DNA of 64,000 nucleotides from Pristiophorus japonicus (taxonomy: Eukaryota). Below the pieces are notes generated by a model. The model was not told the DNA's origin. It searched no databases and saw nothing but the letters and a program-made list of their open reading frames with translations. Positions 22,199 through 33,900 of this stretch are shown here, one piece after another (positions within the stretch are counted from its first letter, which is position 1; the number at the start of each line of letters is the position of its first letter). A program made the translations under genes and the position numbers. Where the stretch lies: assembly GCF_044704955.1 (NCBI RefSeq), contig NW_027252669.1:620001-684000 (forward strand), written 5' to 3'.

Positions 22199-23429
22199 AA
22201 GAACGTTGGTGTTATTTACAAGGCTGACACACTGTTGGGTGTGCACATCATAAATCAATGGTGGGCATTACCTTGGTGACAGTTAAAGTTTAAGTTGATT
22301 GAAGTTAATTGTGACTTTACCCTTTCATTTAAAGTAATCACCAGCATGTAATGGTGCAGCTTTCTGAGCCAATGTGCTGCAAGGTTCCTTTAAAAAAAAG
22401 TAAACAAACATTAATTTGATATCATCAGTATTTCTGTACAAAGCAACCCTTCCCCCCACCACACCCCCGCTTCACCTTCCGACCTCCACCCCTTCCCCTC
22501 CTGACTTCAAGCTGCCTGGCCGAGGAGATCCTCAGGCGATGCGTCATTACTGGGTGACGGCCGAACCGCTGTTTGGACGGATGCGGGAGAGGACGGTCCT
22601 GAGGTGGGAATGTGCTCTGAGCCAGAAGCAACATGTTGCTACTCACTCTCATTTGTGGTTGGCAAAAGGGGTGCGGCACTTTGCGATGCAGTGCGGTGCT
22701 CCGGGATCACTGGGCGCCCTCTGCCACCATTGTTGCTGGCTACTAGATCGAGGGCCTTCTCCATCCCTTCCATATTGTACATTATTTGTTGGACAAAGAC
22801 TCGGTGCCAACTATATTCTTGGTGCTTAGCAAGCTTTTTGCTAATAGTGAATCTCCACAACAGCCAGTCAAGCACAGACCACAGCCACACACACTTTCAG
22901 TCCCTCTGAGCTCCCTCTCTCTCTGTCTCCACTTCTGCGCATGTCATGATGACCTTGACCTCCTGAATCATGGGAATCGAGTGTTGCCATGCTGTTGCTA
23001 AGGATGGCCACAGTTTATGGCAGAAGGACAAAATAATTTAATGTTACCGCCCATTTGATATCGCTCGCAGTAACGCCATTTTCAAAAATGGAAACTAGTT
23101 GTTTTGCGAACAGGTGAGAAGCCGGCGATCTGGAAACCATTTTTTAATGCCCACATGGGACATAATGCCCATTTTCGGGTGATAAGCATAAAAGTGGAGG
23201 TTCTAGCCTTAGATCCTGTCACAGTTATTATTGCACTAGACAAGCAATCTTCTTATATTACACTAGGCCCTGTCTCTGTTTATGTTAAACTAGACCCTGT
23301 CTCTGTTTATATTACACTGGACCCTGTCTCCGTTTATATAAAAAAAATACTCTGTCGATGATTATATTACATTAGACCCTGTCCGAGTTTATTTTGCACT
23401 CGACCCTCTCTCTGTTTATATTACATTAG

Positions 23430-24600
23430 AAACATAGATACTGAGAAAATATGTGCAGGAGTAGGCCATTCGGCCTTTCGAGACTGCACCACCATTCAAT
23501 AAGATCATGGCTGATCATACCCTCAATACCACTTGCCTGCATTCTCTCCATCCCCCTTGATCCCCTTAACCGTAAGGACCATATCTAATTCCCTCTTGAA
23601 TATATCCAATGAACTGGCATCAACAACTCTCTGCGTTAGGGAATTCCACAGGTTAATAATTCTCTGAGTGAAGAAGTCTCTCCTCATCTCAGTCCTAAAT
23701 GGTCTACCCCTTATTCTAAGACTTTGTCCTCTGGTTTTCGACTTCCCTAACATCGGGAATATTCTACTCACATCTAACGTGTCCCGTCTGGTCAGAATCT
23801 TTTAAATTTCTATGAGAACCCATCTCATCCTTCTAAACTCCAATGTATAAAGGCCCAGTTTATCCAGTTACTCCTCATATGTCAGTCCTGCCATCCCGGG
23901 AATCAGTCTGGTGAACCTTCGCTGCACTCTCTCAAATAGCAAGAATGTCCTTCCTCAGGTTAGGAGACCAATCTGAACACAATATTCCAGGTGAGGCCTC
24001 ACCAAGGCCCTGTACAACTGCAGAAAGACCTCCCTGCTCCGATACTCAAATCCCCTCGCTATTTGCTTTCTTCACCACCTGCTGTACCTGCATGTCAACT
24101 TTCAATGACTGATGAACCATGACACCCAGGTCTCATTGCACCTCCCCTTTTCCTAATCTGCCGCCATTCAGATAATATTCAGTCTTCACGTTTCTGTCTC
24201 CAAAGTGGATAACCTCACATTGATCCACATTATATTGCATCTGCCTAGCATTTGCCCACTCACCTAACCTGTCCAAGTCACCCTGTAGGCTCTTACTGTC
24301 ACCTTCACAGCTCACACCGCCACCCAGTTTAGTGTAATCTGCAAACTTGCAGATATTACACTCAATTCCTTCATCTAAATAATTGATGTATATTGTAAGG
24401 AGCTGGGGTCCCAGCACTGAGCTCTGCCGCACTCCACTCGTCACTGCCTGCCATTCTGAAAAGCACCTGTTTATCCCGAATCTCTGCTTCCTGTCTGCAA
24501 ACCACTTTTCTATACACGTCAGTATATTACCCCCAATACCATGTGATTTGATTTTGCACGCCAGTCTCTAGTGTGGGACCTTGTCAAAAGCCTTTTGAAA
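23430..24600 (-). mobile_element. 5'-truncated CR1 inserted in the 27-bp minisatellite
   Basis: SVLGPQLLTIYIN..CKFADYTKL; tail at 23430; (a)ttaga at both junctions (possible TSD). Confidence 0.9.
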
Positions 24601-25189
24601 TTAGACCCTGTCTCTGTGTATGTTACACTAGAACCTGTCTCTGTTTACATTACACCAGACCCTGTTTCTGTATATATATCACTAAAGCTTGTTTCTGTTT
24701 ATATTACACTAGGCCCTGTCTCTGTATAAATTACTCTAGACCCTGTCTCTGATTATATTACACTAGACCCTGTCTCTGTTTATATTACACTCGACCCTGT
24801 TTCTGTTTACATTACAACAGGCCCTGTCTCTGTTTATGTTACACGTGACCCTGTCTCAGTTATTACTGCTAGAGATCATGTCTGAAATATATTACACTAG
24901 GCCCCGTCCCTGGTCTGATTGCACTAGACTCTGTCTCAGTTATTCCTGTCCTAGACTACGCCTGAAATATATTACACTGTATCCTGTCCCTCTTCATCTT
25001 ACTCTCCATTTTGTCTAAAATATAACTGCACTGGACCCTGACTCTATTTATTATACAAAAGACCCTGTCTCAGTTATTTCTGCACTTGACCATGCATCCG
25101 TTATAAAGGCAGAATATAGATAGATGGATCGATGGATATTAACATTCTCTCATTACAACGGATCCCGTCGCAGTTTCTATTGCACTGTA

Positions 25190-26350
25190 TCGTTGATGTG
25201 ATGTTCTTCCAAAAGGTGTTTGATAGATAATATCCTTGCCAGCAAAGTTGAAACCCATAGAATAAAAAGGACAGGGGCAGCATGGTTATAAAATTCGCTA
25301 AGTGACAGGAACCAGAGAATACTGGCTGTTTTCTTTGATTGGAGGAGGGTATACAATGGTGTTCTGCATCAGTTGGTGCGAGGAACACGGATTCTCTTCG
25401 TTTATATTCATGAATTAGACTTGGGTGTAAGGGCACAATTTCATTTTTTTCAGATGACACAAGACTTGTAAGTACAGTGAACAGTGAGGAGGATAGTGAC
25501 GAATTCAAGAGGACCAAGACTTGCTGGTGGAATGGGTGGACACGTGACAAATGAAACGCAGAAAATTGTGAAGTTATACATGTTGGTACGAAAAGCGAGG
25601 AGAGCCAATATAAACTAAAGGGTACAGTGCTAAAGCGGCTGGATGAACACAGAGACCTGTGGTATATTTGCACAAATCATCGTAGATGGCAGGGCAGGCT
25701 GAGAAAATGTTTAAAAAAGCATGTGGGATACTGGGCTTCATAAATTGAGGCATAGAATACAAGCGAAAGGTAGTTATGAGCAACATTTATAAAACAGTGG
25801 TTCAGCCTCAACTGGAGTATTGGGGCCAATTCTGGACACAGCACTTTAGGAAGGATGTGAAGGCCTTCGAGAAGATTCGGAAAAATGTTTAAAAATGTGG
25901 TTCCAGGGAGAAGGTACTTCGCTTACATGGATAGTCTGGAGAAGCTGGGGTTGTTCTCCTTAGAGCAGAGATAGTTGAGATGAGATTTGATAGAGGTGTT
26001 CAGAATGATAAGGGATCTGGGCAGAGCAGCTGGAGAGAAACTGTTTTCATTAGTGGAAGGGTCAAAAACAGAGGATGCAGATTTAAGGTGATTGGCAGAA
26101 GAACCGAAGTCGAACTGATGTAAATGTTTTTACGTAGCGAGTGGTTAGGATCTGCAATGCACTGCCTGAAAAGGTATTGGGGGCAGCTTCAGTCGTGGCA
26201 TTCCAAAGGGAATTGGATACGTTCCTGCAGGAAGACAATTCACAGGGAAAGGGCAGGGGACTGGAGAAGCTGAAATAATCTTGCAGTGAGCAGCACGGGC
26301 TATATGTGCTGACTGACGCTCTTATGTGTTGTAACCATTCTATGATTCTA
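25190..26350 (+). mobile_element. Old CR1 fragment, part of the duplicated unit (paralogs 49100-50280, 52610-53470, 62170-63340)
   Basis: Shared CR1 sequence ending gtaaccattctatgattctataatac in the copies. Confidence 0.85.
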
Positions 26351-28159
26351 TAATACAGCAGAGCCTATCTCAGTTATTACTATACTAGACCGTGTTCCAG
26401 TTTATATCACCACATCCACCACGTTAAATATTCACCACTCCATCACCAGCGCACCATGTCTGCAGTGAGAACACCATCACCTCCGCGTATTCCTCAAAAT
26501 CACACATCATCCAGACTTGAAAACTTATTACCCTTCCTTCATAATCTCTGTGACAAAGAGACGTTAATGCTGGCCTTGCCAGCGACACCCACAGCCACAT
26601 GTCAGGAAACAATAAACCAATGTCCCTATATCAGTATTTACTTCACTAGGCCATACGTTAGTTATTACTGTACTAGAACTACTAATATTGTTCCAGGCCC
26701 TGTCTCAGATATTACTGGAATATGCCATGCCTTTGTTCCTATTGCACAATAACCTGTCTCTGTTTATATTAAATTAGACAAAGACGCTTTTATATTATAC
26801 TAGTCCCATCATTTCACATTACTAAACTAAACCATGTCTCTGTTTATATTAGATTAGACCCTGCCTCAGTTATTACAGCACTGGACGCTGTAAGTTCCAG
26901 GACAGGGACATTACGTGTCAGATAGAGCGTAAAGCGCCCTCCACACCACTAGGACAGTTATGGCACGGGTTATAGCGAGAGGGATGCTCCATTTACCTGT
27001 CCACACTGTCCCATCATACACTTCCAGGTCAGGTACAGCACGGTTTAGATACAGAGTAAATCTCCCTCTACATTGTCCCATTAAACTATCAGAATGCAGG
27101 TACAGCATGGTTTAGATATAGAGTATTACCCGTCTACACTGTCCCATCAAACACTCCCAGGGCAGGTACAGTACGATTTAGATATAGTATGAAGCTCCCG
27201 CTAAACTGTAACATCAAACACTCCCAGGGCAGGTATAGCACGTTTTAGATAAATTGTAAAACGTCCTCTACATTGTCTCATCAAACACTCGCAGATCGTT
27301 TAATTCACTGGTCATATTTTGGATTAAATCTCCCTCTGCACGGTCCAATCAAATTGGTTCGAGGCATATCATTAGGGCTCAAGGAAAACTATTGTTTGAT
27401 GTTAACATCTAGTTGTGGAAGAAGGCCAATTATTCATTCCTGAGAGACAAGACGGAAAGTGGAAATAGGAGAGGGAGAGGATACAGGAAATCCCCAGACA
27501 CATTTGTGATGACACTATATACAGTGACTAGAATCGTTCCCCATTCTGACTGTGGGGATCACCTTTACTTTATTCTCCTATAATTTAGGGAAATGTAGCA
27601 AAAAACAATTGTTGGTGGAATCTGTTGAGGCATTTGCATTTCTGTCTTTGTTTTTTTCTGTGCTGTATTGGTGGAGAAACATTTATTGTGTTTCTGTCAA
27701 ACAATATCTAATCTGGGACTTCTATTTCTGTGTTTATTTAAATAAACGCCTCACTGGTTACCATGAAGTTTTCACGGCAGCAAAATCAGATCAACAGAGT
27801 TAATTATTGATTAGTCTCAACAAACAACGAGGACTTATTTTAAGAATATTGACAGTTGGTACAAAGAAATAGAAACATATCAACAGTGACGTTGGCTTCA
27901 GTTTTGTTCAATTAGAACAGATGTGATTTATATTAATGAGAACAAACATTACAATTAATAATTCAGTTCTGATAGTTCTGCTGCCGAAATCAGTGGAATA
28001 TCTCGGAACCAGGTGTATTCCACTGGATCTCCATTTAGTGGAAGATTGTACCCACTGGAACTGACCAAGTTAAAACAGTGACCATCAGAGTGTCTGAAAA
28101 TCATGGTAATATCTGAGCTTTTCACATATTGCAACTTGTATTTTAAAATGTTGATATTT

Positions 28160-28600
28160 AGAAATAACTTGCATTTATATAGTGCATTTCATGAACGCCT
28201 GATGTCCCAAAATGCTTTGCAGGCAATGAAACACTTTTGAAGTGTGGTCACTGTTGTAATATAGGATATGTGGCAGCCAAATTGTGCACAGCAAGATCCC
28301 ACCGACAGCAATGAAATAATGATCAGATAATCTATTTTTCAGATGTTGTTTGAGGGTTAAATACTTGCCCTAGAAACTGCGCAAAACTCCACTGCTCTTT
28401 AAGATAGTGCCATGAGTCCTTAAATCTACCTGAGCAGGAAGATGGGACCTCAGCTTAATATCTGCCCCAAAAGACCGTGCAGCACTCCCTCAGTCCTGGC
28501 ACCGGGCGGGTTAGCATAGATTATGGGCTCAGGTCTCTCGAGTGGGGTTTAGTATCTGTGACCTACTGAGTCAGAGGCGACAGTGATCACACTGAGCCGA
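28160..28600 (-). mobile_element. tRNA-derived Deu-domain SINE (paralogs ~51745-52045, ~55210-55665, head only ~41565-41650)
   Basis: Reverse Deu core (gcagccaaattgtgcacagcaagatccc) and A-box-like head tcggctcagtg on the minus strand. Confidence 0.75.
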
Positions 28601-28839
28601 TAATTGAACATATCACAGCTTGTATTTTAAAATGTTGCCATTTAGCTCATCGTGTTTGATGTTCAGGGCCTAAGCCCAGACTTACCCCGATCTATTTAAT
28701 TGCCAGCGGTGAGCCCTGATTTATTCCTCGGGATTTTATTCCCGCTCTGTTGTAATTGTGCACGGGATTCCCACTGGGGCCATTTAAAAATGTCAGCGAT
28801 TCCACAAAGAAACATCTGGATGTGCGCGAAGCAGATGAC

Positions 28840-29752
28840 TCGCCAAGTTTGCTGACGATACAAAGATGATTGGGAAAGCAAACTGTGAGGTGGACACAAG
28901 CAATCTGCAAAGGAATATAGACAGGCTAAGTGAGTGTGCAATAATATGGCAGATGCAGTATAATATGGGAAAATGTGAGGTTATCCATCTTGGCAGTTGG
29001 AATAGAAAAGCGAATTGTAATTTAAATGGAGAAAAATTGCAAAGTGTTGCAGTACAGAGGGATTTTAGGGTTCTGGTGCTTGGAACACAAAAAGTTAGTA
29101 CACTATTACAACAAGTAACCAGGAAGGCAAATGGAATGTAGGCCTTTATTTCAAGGGGGATAGAGTATAAAAGAAGAGATGTCCTGCTGCAACGGTACAT
29201 GGTAATGGGGAGGCCACACCTAGAGTACTGCGTACAGTTTTGCTCTTCGTATTAAAGGAAGGATATACTTGCATTGGATGCAGTTCAGAAAAGGTTAACT
29301 TTGTTGATTCCGGAGATGAGGGGGTTAACTTATGAAGATAGTTTGAGTAGGATGGGCCTATGCATATTGAAGTTCAGAAGAATTAGGTGATCTTATCGAA
29401 ACCTATAAGATAATGAGGAGGCTCGACAAGTTGGATGCAGAGAGGATATTTCCACTCAGAGGGGAAACTAAAACTTGGGGACATAGTCTCAGAATAAAGA
29501 GCCGCCCATTTAAAACAGATGAGGAGCAATTTCTTCTCTCAGAGGCTTGTAAATCTATGCAATTCTCTGCCCCGGAGAGCTGTGCAGGCTGGGTCTTTGA
29601 ATACATGTAAGACGGAGATGAACAGATTTTTGAGCGATAAGGGAGTAAAGGTTAATGAGAGTGGGTACAGATGTCGAACTGAGACCATGATCAGATCAGC
29701 CATGATCTTATTGAATGGCCTAATTCTGTTCCTTCTTCTTATGTTCTTATTA
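28840..29752 (+). mobile_element. 5'-truncated CR1 insertion (shared with the copy at ~52125; absent at 41871 and 55890)
   Basis: Begins KFADDTK and ends in a cttatgttctta tail; the empty site ggactcacggaacttgag is seen in other copies. Confidence 0.88.
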
Positions 29753-29899
29753 ATCAAGGAACTTGAGTTTTACACTGTGTGAGCTGCACCATCAGAGCAG
29801 CAGAAGCAGGGATTGTTCTCTTTAGAGCGAAGAATGATCAGATTTAATAGAAGTGTTCAAAATCATGAGGAGTTTTAATCGGGTAAATTGGAAGAATCT

Positions 29900-30070
29900 C
29901 CATCACTCCCTCCCACCCTTCATCCCTCACTCACGCCCTCCAATCCACCATCCCTCCCTCCATCAATTGCTCCCTCCCTGCACGCATCCCTCCCTCCCTC
30001 TGTCCATCCCTCCCTCACTCTACCCCTCCCTTGCTCGACTCATTCCTCCCTCCATCCCTCCCTCAGCCCA
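29900..30070 (+). repeat. Polypyrimidine (CCCT/CCAT)n low-complexity tract (paralogs 42020-42185, 56040-56262)
   Basis: Direct inspection. Confidence 0.9.
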
Positions 30071-30960
30071 ATCGATTCTTATTTCTTCCTTTGCAATGTT
30101 TCTGCTTCCATTGATGAGGATTCCTCAGATGGAATTTTCTGCGCCCAATTCCTTCAACGGGCTTTCATATATATTAACAAATAAGAGAGCGACCGATGAC
30201 AAATATATATAAGTAAACCCCCACACTAATAAAGCTGACAAGAAATAAAATGATGACTTTTAGGGAGAGTGAGTTGGCTGGGGATGGGCCACTGGGTAGA
30301 ATTTATGGTTGGGGCAGTCAGGATATTTTTACTTAAAACAAAAAAATTGTTAACAATTTGAAAACTTGTTTTAGACAACCTGGACTTTCAGCTGTTCTTT
30401 TTCCGTCCCCCTTCTCGCTGTTGAGGACGGGCCAGTGCCCGCCTGGAGCTCGCTGCCATTGAGTGTACAGGATGGTAGAACGCAAGCTCTTGCTATGCGG
30501 ACTGACTTGGAGAAGCTGTGGCTGTTCTCCTGACAGCAGAGAAGGGTGCGGGGAGATTTAACAGATTTGGTCCCAAGGATGAATGACTAGAAACACTAGT
30601 TCGGTCCCAGCTGGAGTATTGTGTCCAATTCTGGGCACCACACTTTAGGAATGACATGAAGACTTTCGAGAGGGTACAGAAGAGATTTACTGCAAACGCA
30701 TCAGGGAGGGTGAATTAAATTATATGGAGATAGTCGAGAAACTGGGGCAGTTCAACTTAGAGCAGAGAATGTTAAGAGGAGATTTAGTAGATTAGTACCA
30801 GACAACGGAAGGAGCGTGTTGCAAACCAGTCCCACCCAACCTTTCCTTCAACGCCGATCTGTAATTCCTGAATTGGACTATTCAGTCACGTAAGAACTCA
30901 CTTTTAGAGTGGAAGCAAGCTTTCCTCGATTTCCAGGGACTTCCTATGCCTATGATGATG

Positions 30961-33900
30961 ACTGGCACTCTGCAGTGTTATTAAATGAGCTAAGGTCACA
31001 CTTCTTCATTGTTCAGAGTAATCGGTTCAATCTTTTTAAAGAGTGTATCAATTGGTTGACGTGGTAACGAACAACCATGCAAAAATGCAAAGAACAGTTG
31101 TTATCCAGGAAAATTAGCAGAAGAGGGTGATTAGGAGGCTTTCATGGAGAGACTCGACCAATACTTCGTGGCCAATGAGCTGGAATGGGACGAGAACGCT
31201 GCCAAATGAAGGGTGATACTCCTTACTGTTTGTGGGGCAACAACCTATGGCCTCATGAAGAACCTTCTGGCTCCGGTGAAACCAACAGCTAAATCCTATG
31301 AAGAATTGTGTATGCTGGTCCGGGAATCCTAAGGAAAGCATTTTGATGGCGAGATATCGGTTCTACACGTTTCAACGGTCGGAGGGCCAGGATGTGGCAA
31401 GCTATGTCGCTAAAATAAGGCGCATCGCAGGACATTGCGAATTTGTGGGATTCCGAGAACAAATGCTTCGAGACATTTTTACAATGAGGTAATCCTTCAC
31501 AAACTGTTGACAGTTGAAACCCTGAATCGATATCAGGCCATAGCGATGTCCACCAGCGATAACACCAAATAAATTTTGCAGAGCAAAGAGATTTCGGCCA
31601 GTCCTGTGCTCAAAGTAACGTCATTTTCGAGCAGGAATATATATGGCAGAACGTACACTCTAGCGAATGCTGCACGATCTCAGATGACCCAGAGTCTGCC
31701 ATCATTCGTTAATGCGTAGCAGTTAACACCTTGTTGGCATTGTACGTGAAAGTCGCCCCCTCAATGCCGCTTCAAGCACTATGCGTGCAATGGTTGCTGA
31801 ACAATGGGACACCTCCAGCGAATGTGCAGGAACGCTGAAAACCCTATAAACCAGCACATTGCAGAGTAAGATCGATCCACTGTGGATCAGGATGAATTGG
31901 AGACTTGTACCGAGGAGGCAGAAGTGTATCGGGTACACTCATTCACAACGAAATATCCACCAATAAGGTTAAAATTTGAACTGAACGGAATTCCAGTATC
32001 GATGGAACGTGTGCGAGTCAGTACAGAATGAGTAAAAAGGCCTTCGACAGGCTGTGGTGCAACATCGCACAGAGGCCCAATCTCAGCCCCATTCACACCA
32101 ATCTAAGGGCTTACACGAAGGAATTAATCCCTGTAATTTGCAGTGCAGAAGTCAAAGTATCCTATGATGGAGCAGTACATGAACTCCCGCTGTGGATCAT
32201 GCCAGGGGATGGCCCAACACTGTTTGGCAGAATCTGGCTGGGAAAAATCCGTTGGAACTGGGACGACATCCAAGCGGTTTCATCCGTCGACGATGCCTCA
32301 TGTGCCCAGGTTCTGAGCAGATTTCCATCGTTATTCGATCCAAGCATTGGAAGCTTCTCGGGGGCGAAAGTGCAGATCCATTTGGTTCCCGGTACACGAC
32401 CCATCCGCCACAAGGCACGGGCGGTACCGTATATGATGCGTGAGAAAGTGGTAATTGAGCTGAACAGGCTGCAGCGAGAAGGCATCATCGCGCCGGTGTA
32501 ATTCAACGAGTGGGCCAGTGTGTTGTCTCGGTCCTTAAAGAGTACGGCACGGTCAGAACTTGTGGGGACTATAAAGTAACGATTAACCGTTTTTCGCTCC
32601 AGGACCAGTATCTGCTATCCAAGGCAGACGAGCTACTTGCGACCCTGGCAGGAGGGAAGACGTTCACCAAGCTGGACCTGAACGCGGCCTACATGATGCA
32701 GGAGCTGGACGAGTCTTCCAAAGGCTTCAGCTGCAGCAACACACACAAAGCTCTGTTCATGTCTAACTGATGCCCGTTCGGGATTCGGTCGGCCACGGAA
32801 ATCTTCCAATGGAACATGGAACGCCTGCTAAAGTTGGTTGCTCGCACCGTGGTCTTCCAGGACGAAATACTAGTTACATGTCTGGACACCATTGAGCACC
32901 TGATGAATCTGGAGGAGGTTCTTGGTCGGTTGGATCAAGTGGGACTCAGGTTGACACGCTCAAAGTGTTTTTTCCTGGAAACGGAGATCGAGTTCTTGGG
33001 AAGAAGAATCGCAGCAGATAGCATCAGACCCACCAACGCCAAAACGGAGGCCATCAAGAACATGCCGAGAGCACAGAACGTGGCAGAGCTGCAGTCGTTC
33101 CTGGGGCTCCTTAATGATTTCGGTAATTTCCGACCTTGGTTAAGCACCCTGCGAGAACCCCTACATGTGCTACTGCGCAAGGGAGACGACTGTGTCTGGG
33201 GTAATTCACAAGAGGCTGCCTTTGAGAAAGCATGAAATCTGTTGTGTTCAAACAAACTGCATGCCCTGTATAACCATTGTAAACAATTAGTGCGAGCCTG
33301 CGTGTTACAACAGGCTAACGAATTGAGGATTTTGCAACCGGTCACTTATGTGTCCAGGAGCTTGTCTAAGACCGAAAGGGCCTACAGCATGATTGAAAAA
33401 GAGACTCTGGTATGCGTTTACGGGATAACAAAAAGCACCAGTGTTTGTTTGGCCTCAAGTTTGAGCTTGAAATTGACCACAAGCTATTCACTGAGAGCAA
33501 AGCGATTAACACCAATGCCTCTGCCAGCATGCAAAGATGGGCGCTCACGCTGTCAGCATACAACAATGTTATCCGCCACACGCCTGACACAGAGAACTGC
33601 GCTGATGCTCTCAGTCGGCTACCATTGCCCACCACCGGGGTGTAAATGGCACAGCCTGTGGACTGGACATGATAATGGATGCATTCGAAAACGAAAAGTC
33701 ACCTATTACACTCCGGCAGATCAGAACCTGGACCATCCATGATACTTTACTGTCCTTGGTTTAAATAACTGTGTCCTCCATGGGACTGGTCCAGCATCCC
33801 AGCGGAGGTGCAGGAGGTGATCAAGCCGTTCCACAGGCGCATCAATGAAATGTCCTCGCAGGCGGACTGTCTGTTGTGCGTTAATCGCGTGGACTTGCCA

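Larger units (their letters stand above)
19569..23209 (+). mobile_element. PIF/Harbinger DNA transposon (non-functional) with TIRs
   Basis: Left end gggttagaacgtctactttt vs reverse complement of right end aggctagaacctccactttt; many subterminal TAAYGCCCA repeats; flanks tat/tag suggest a 3-bp TSD; internal DDE transposase. Confidence 0.88.

Noticed and set aside
29765-29800. CACTGTG conserved in three repeat copies as a J/D RSS
   Set aside because: No GGTTTTTGT-like nonamer upstream and no WGxG/FGxG downstream
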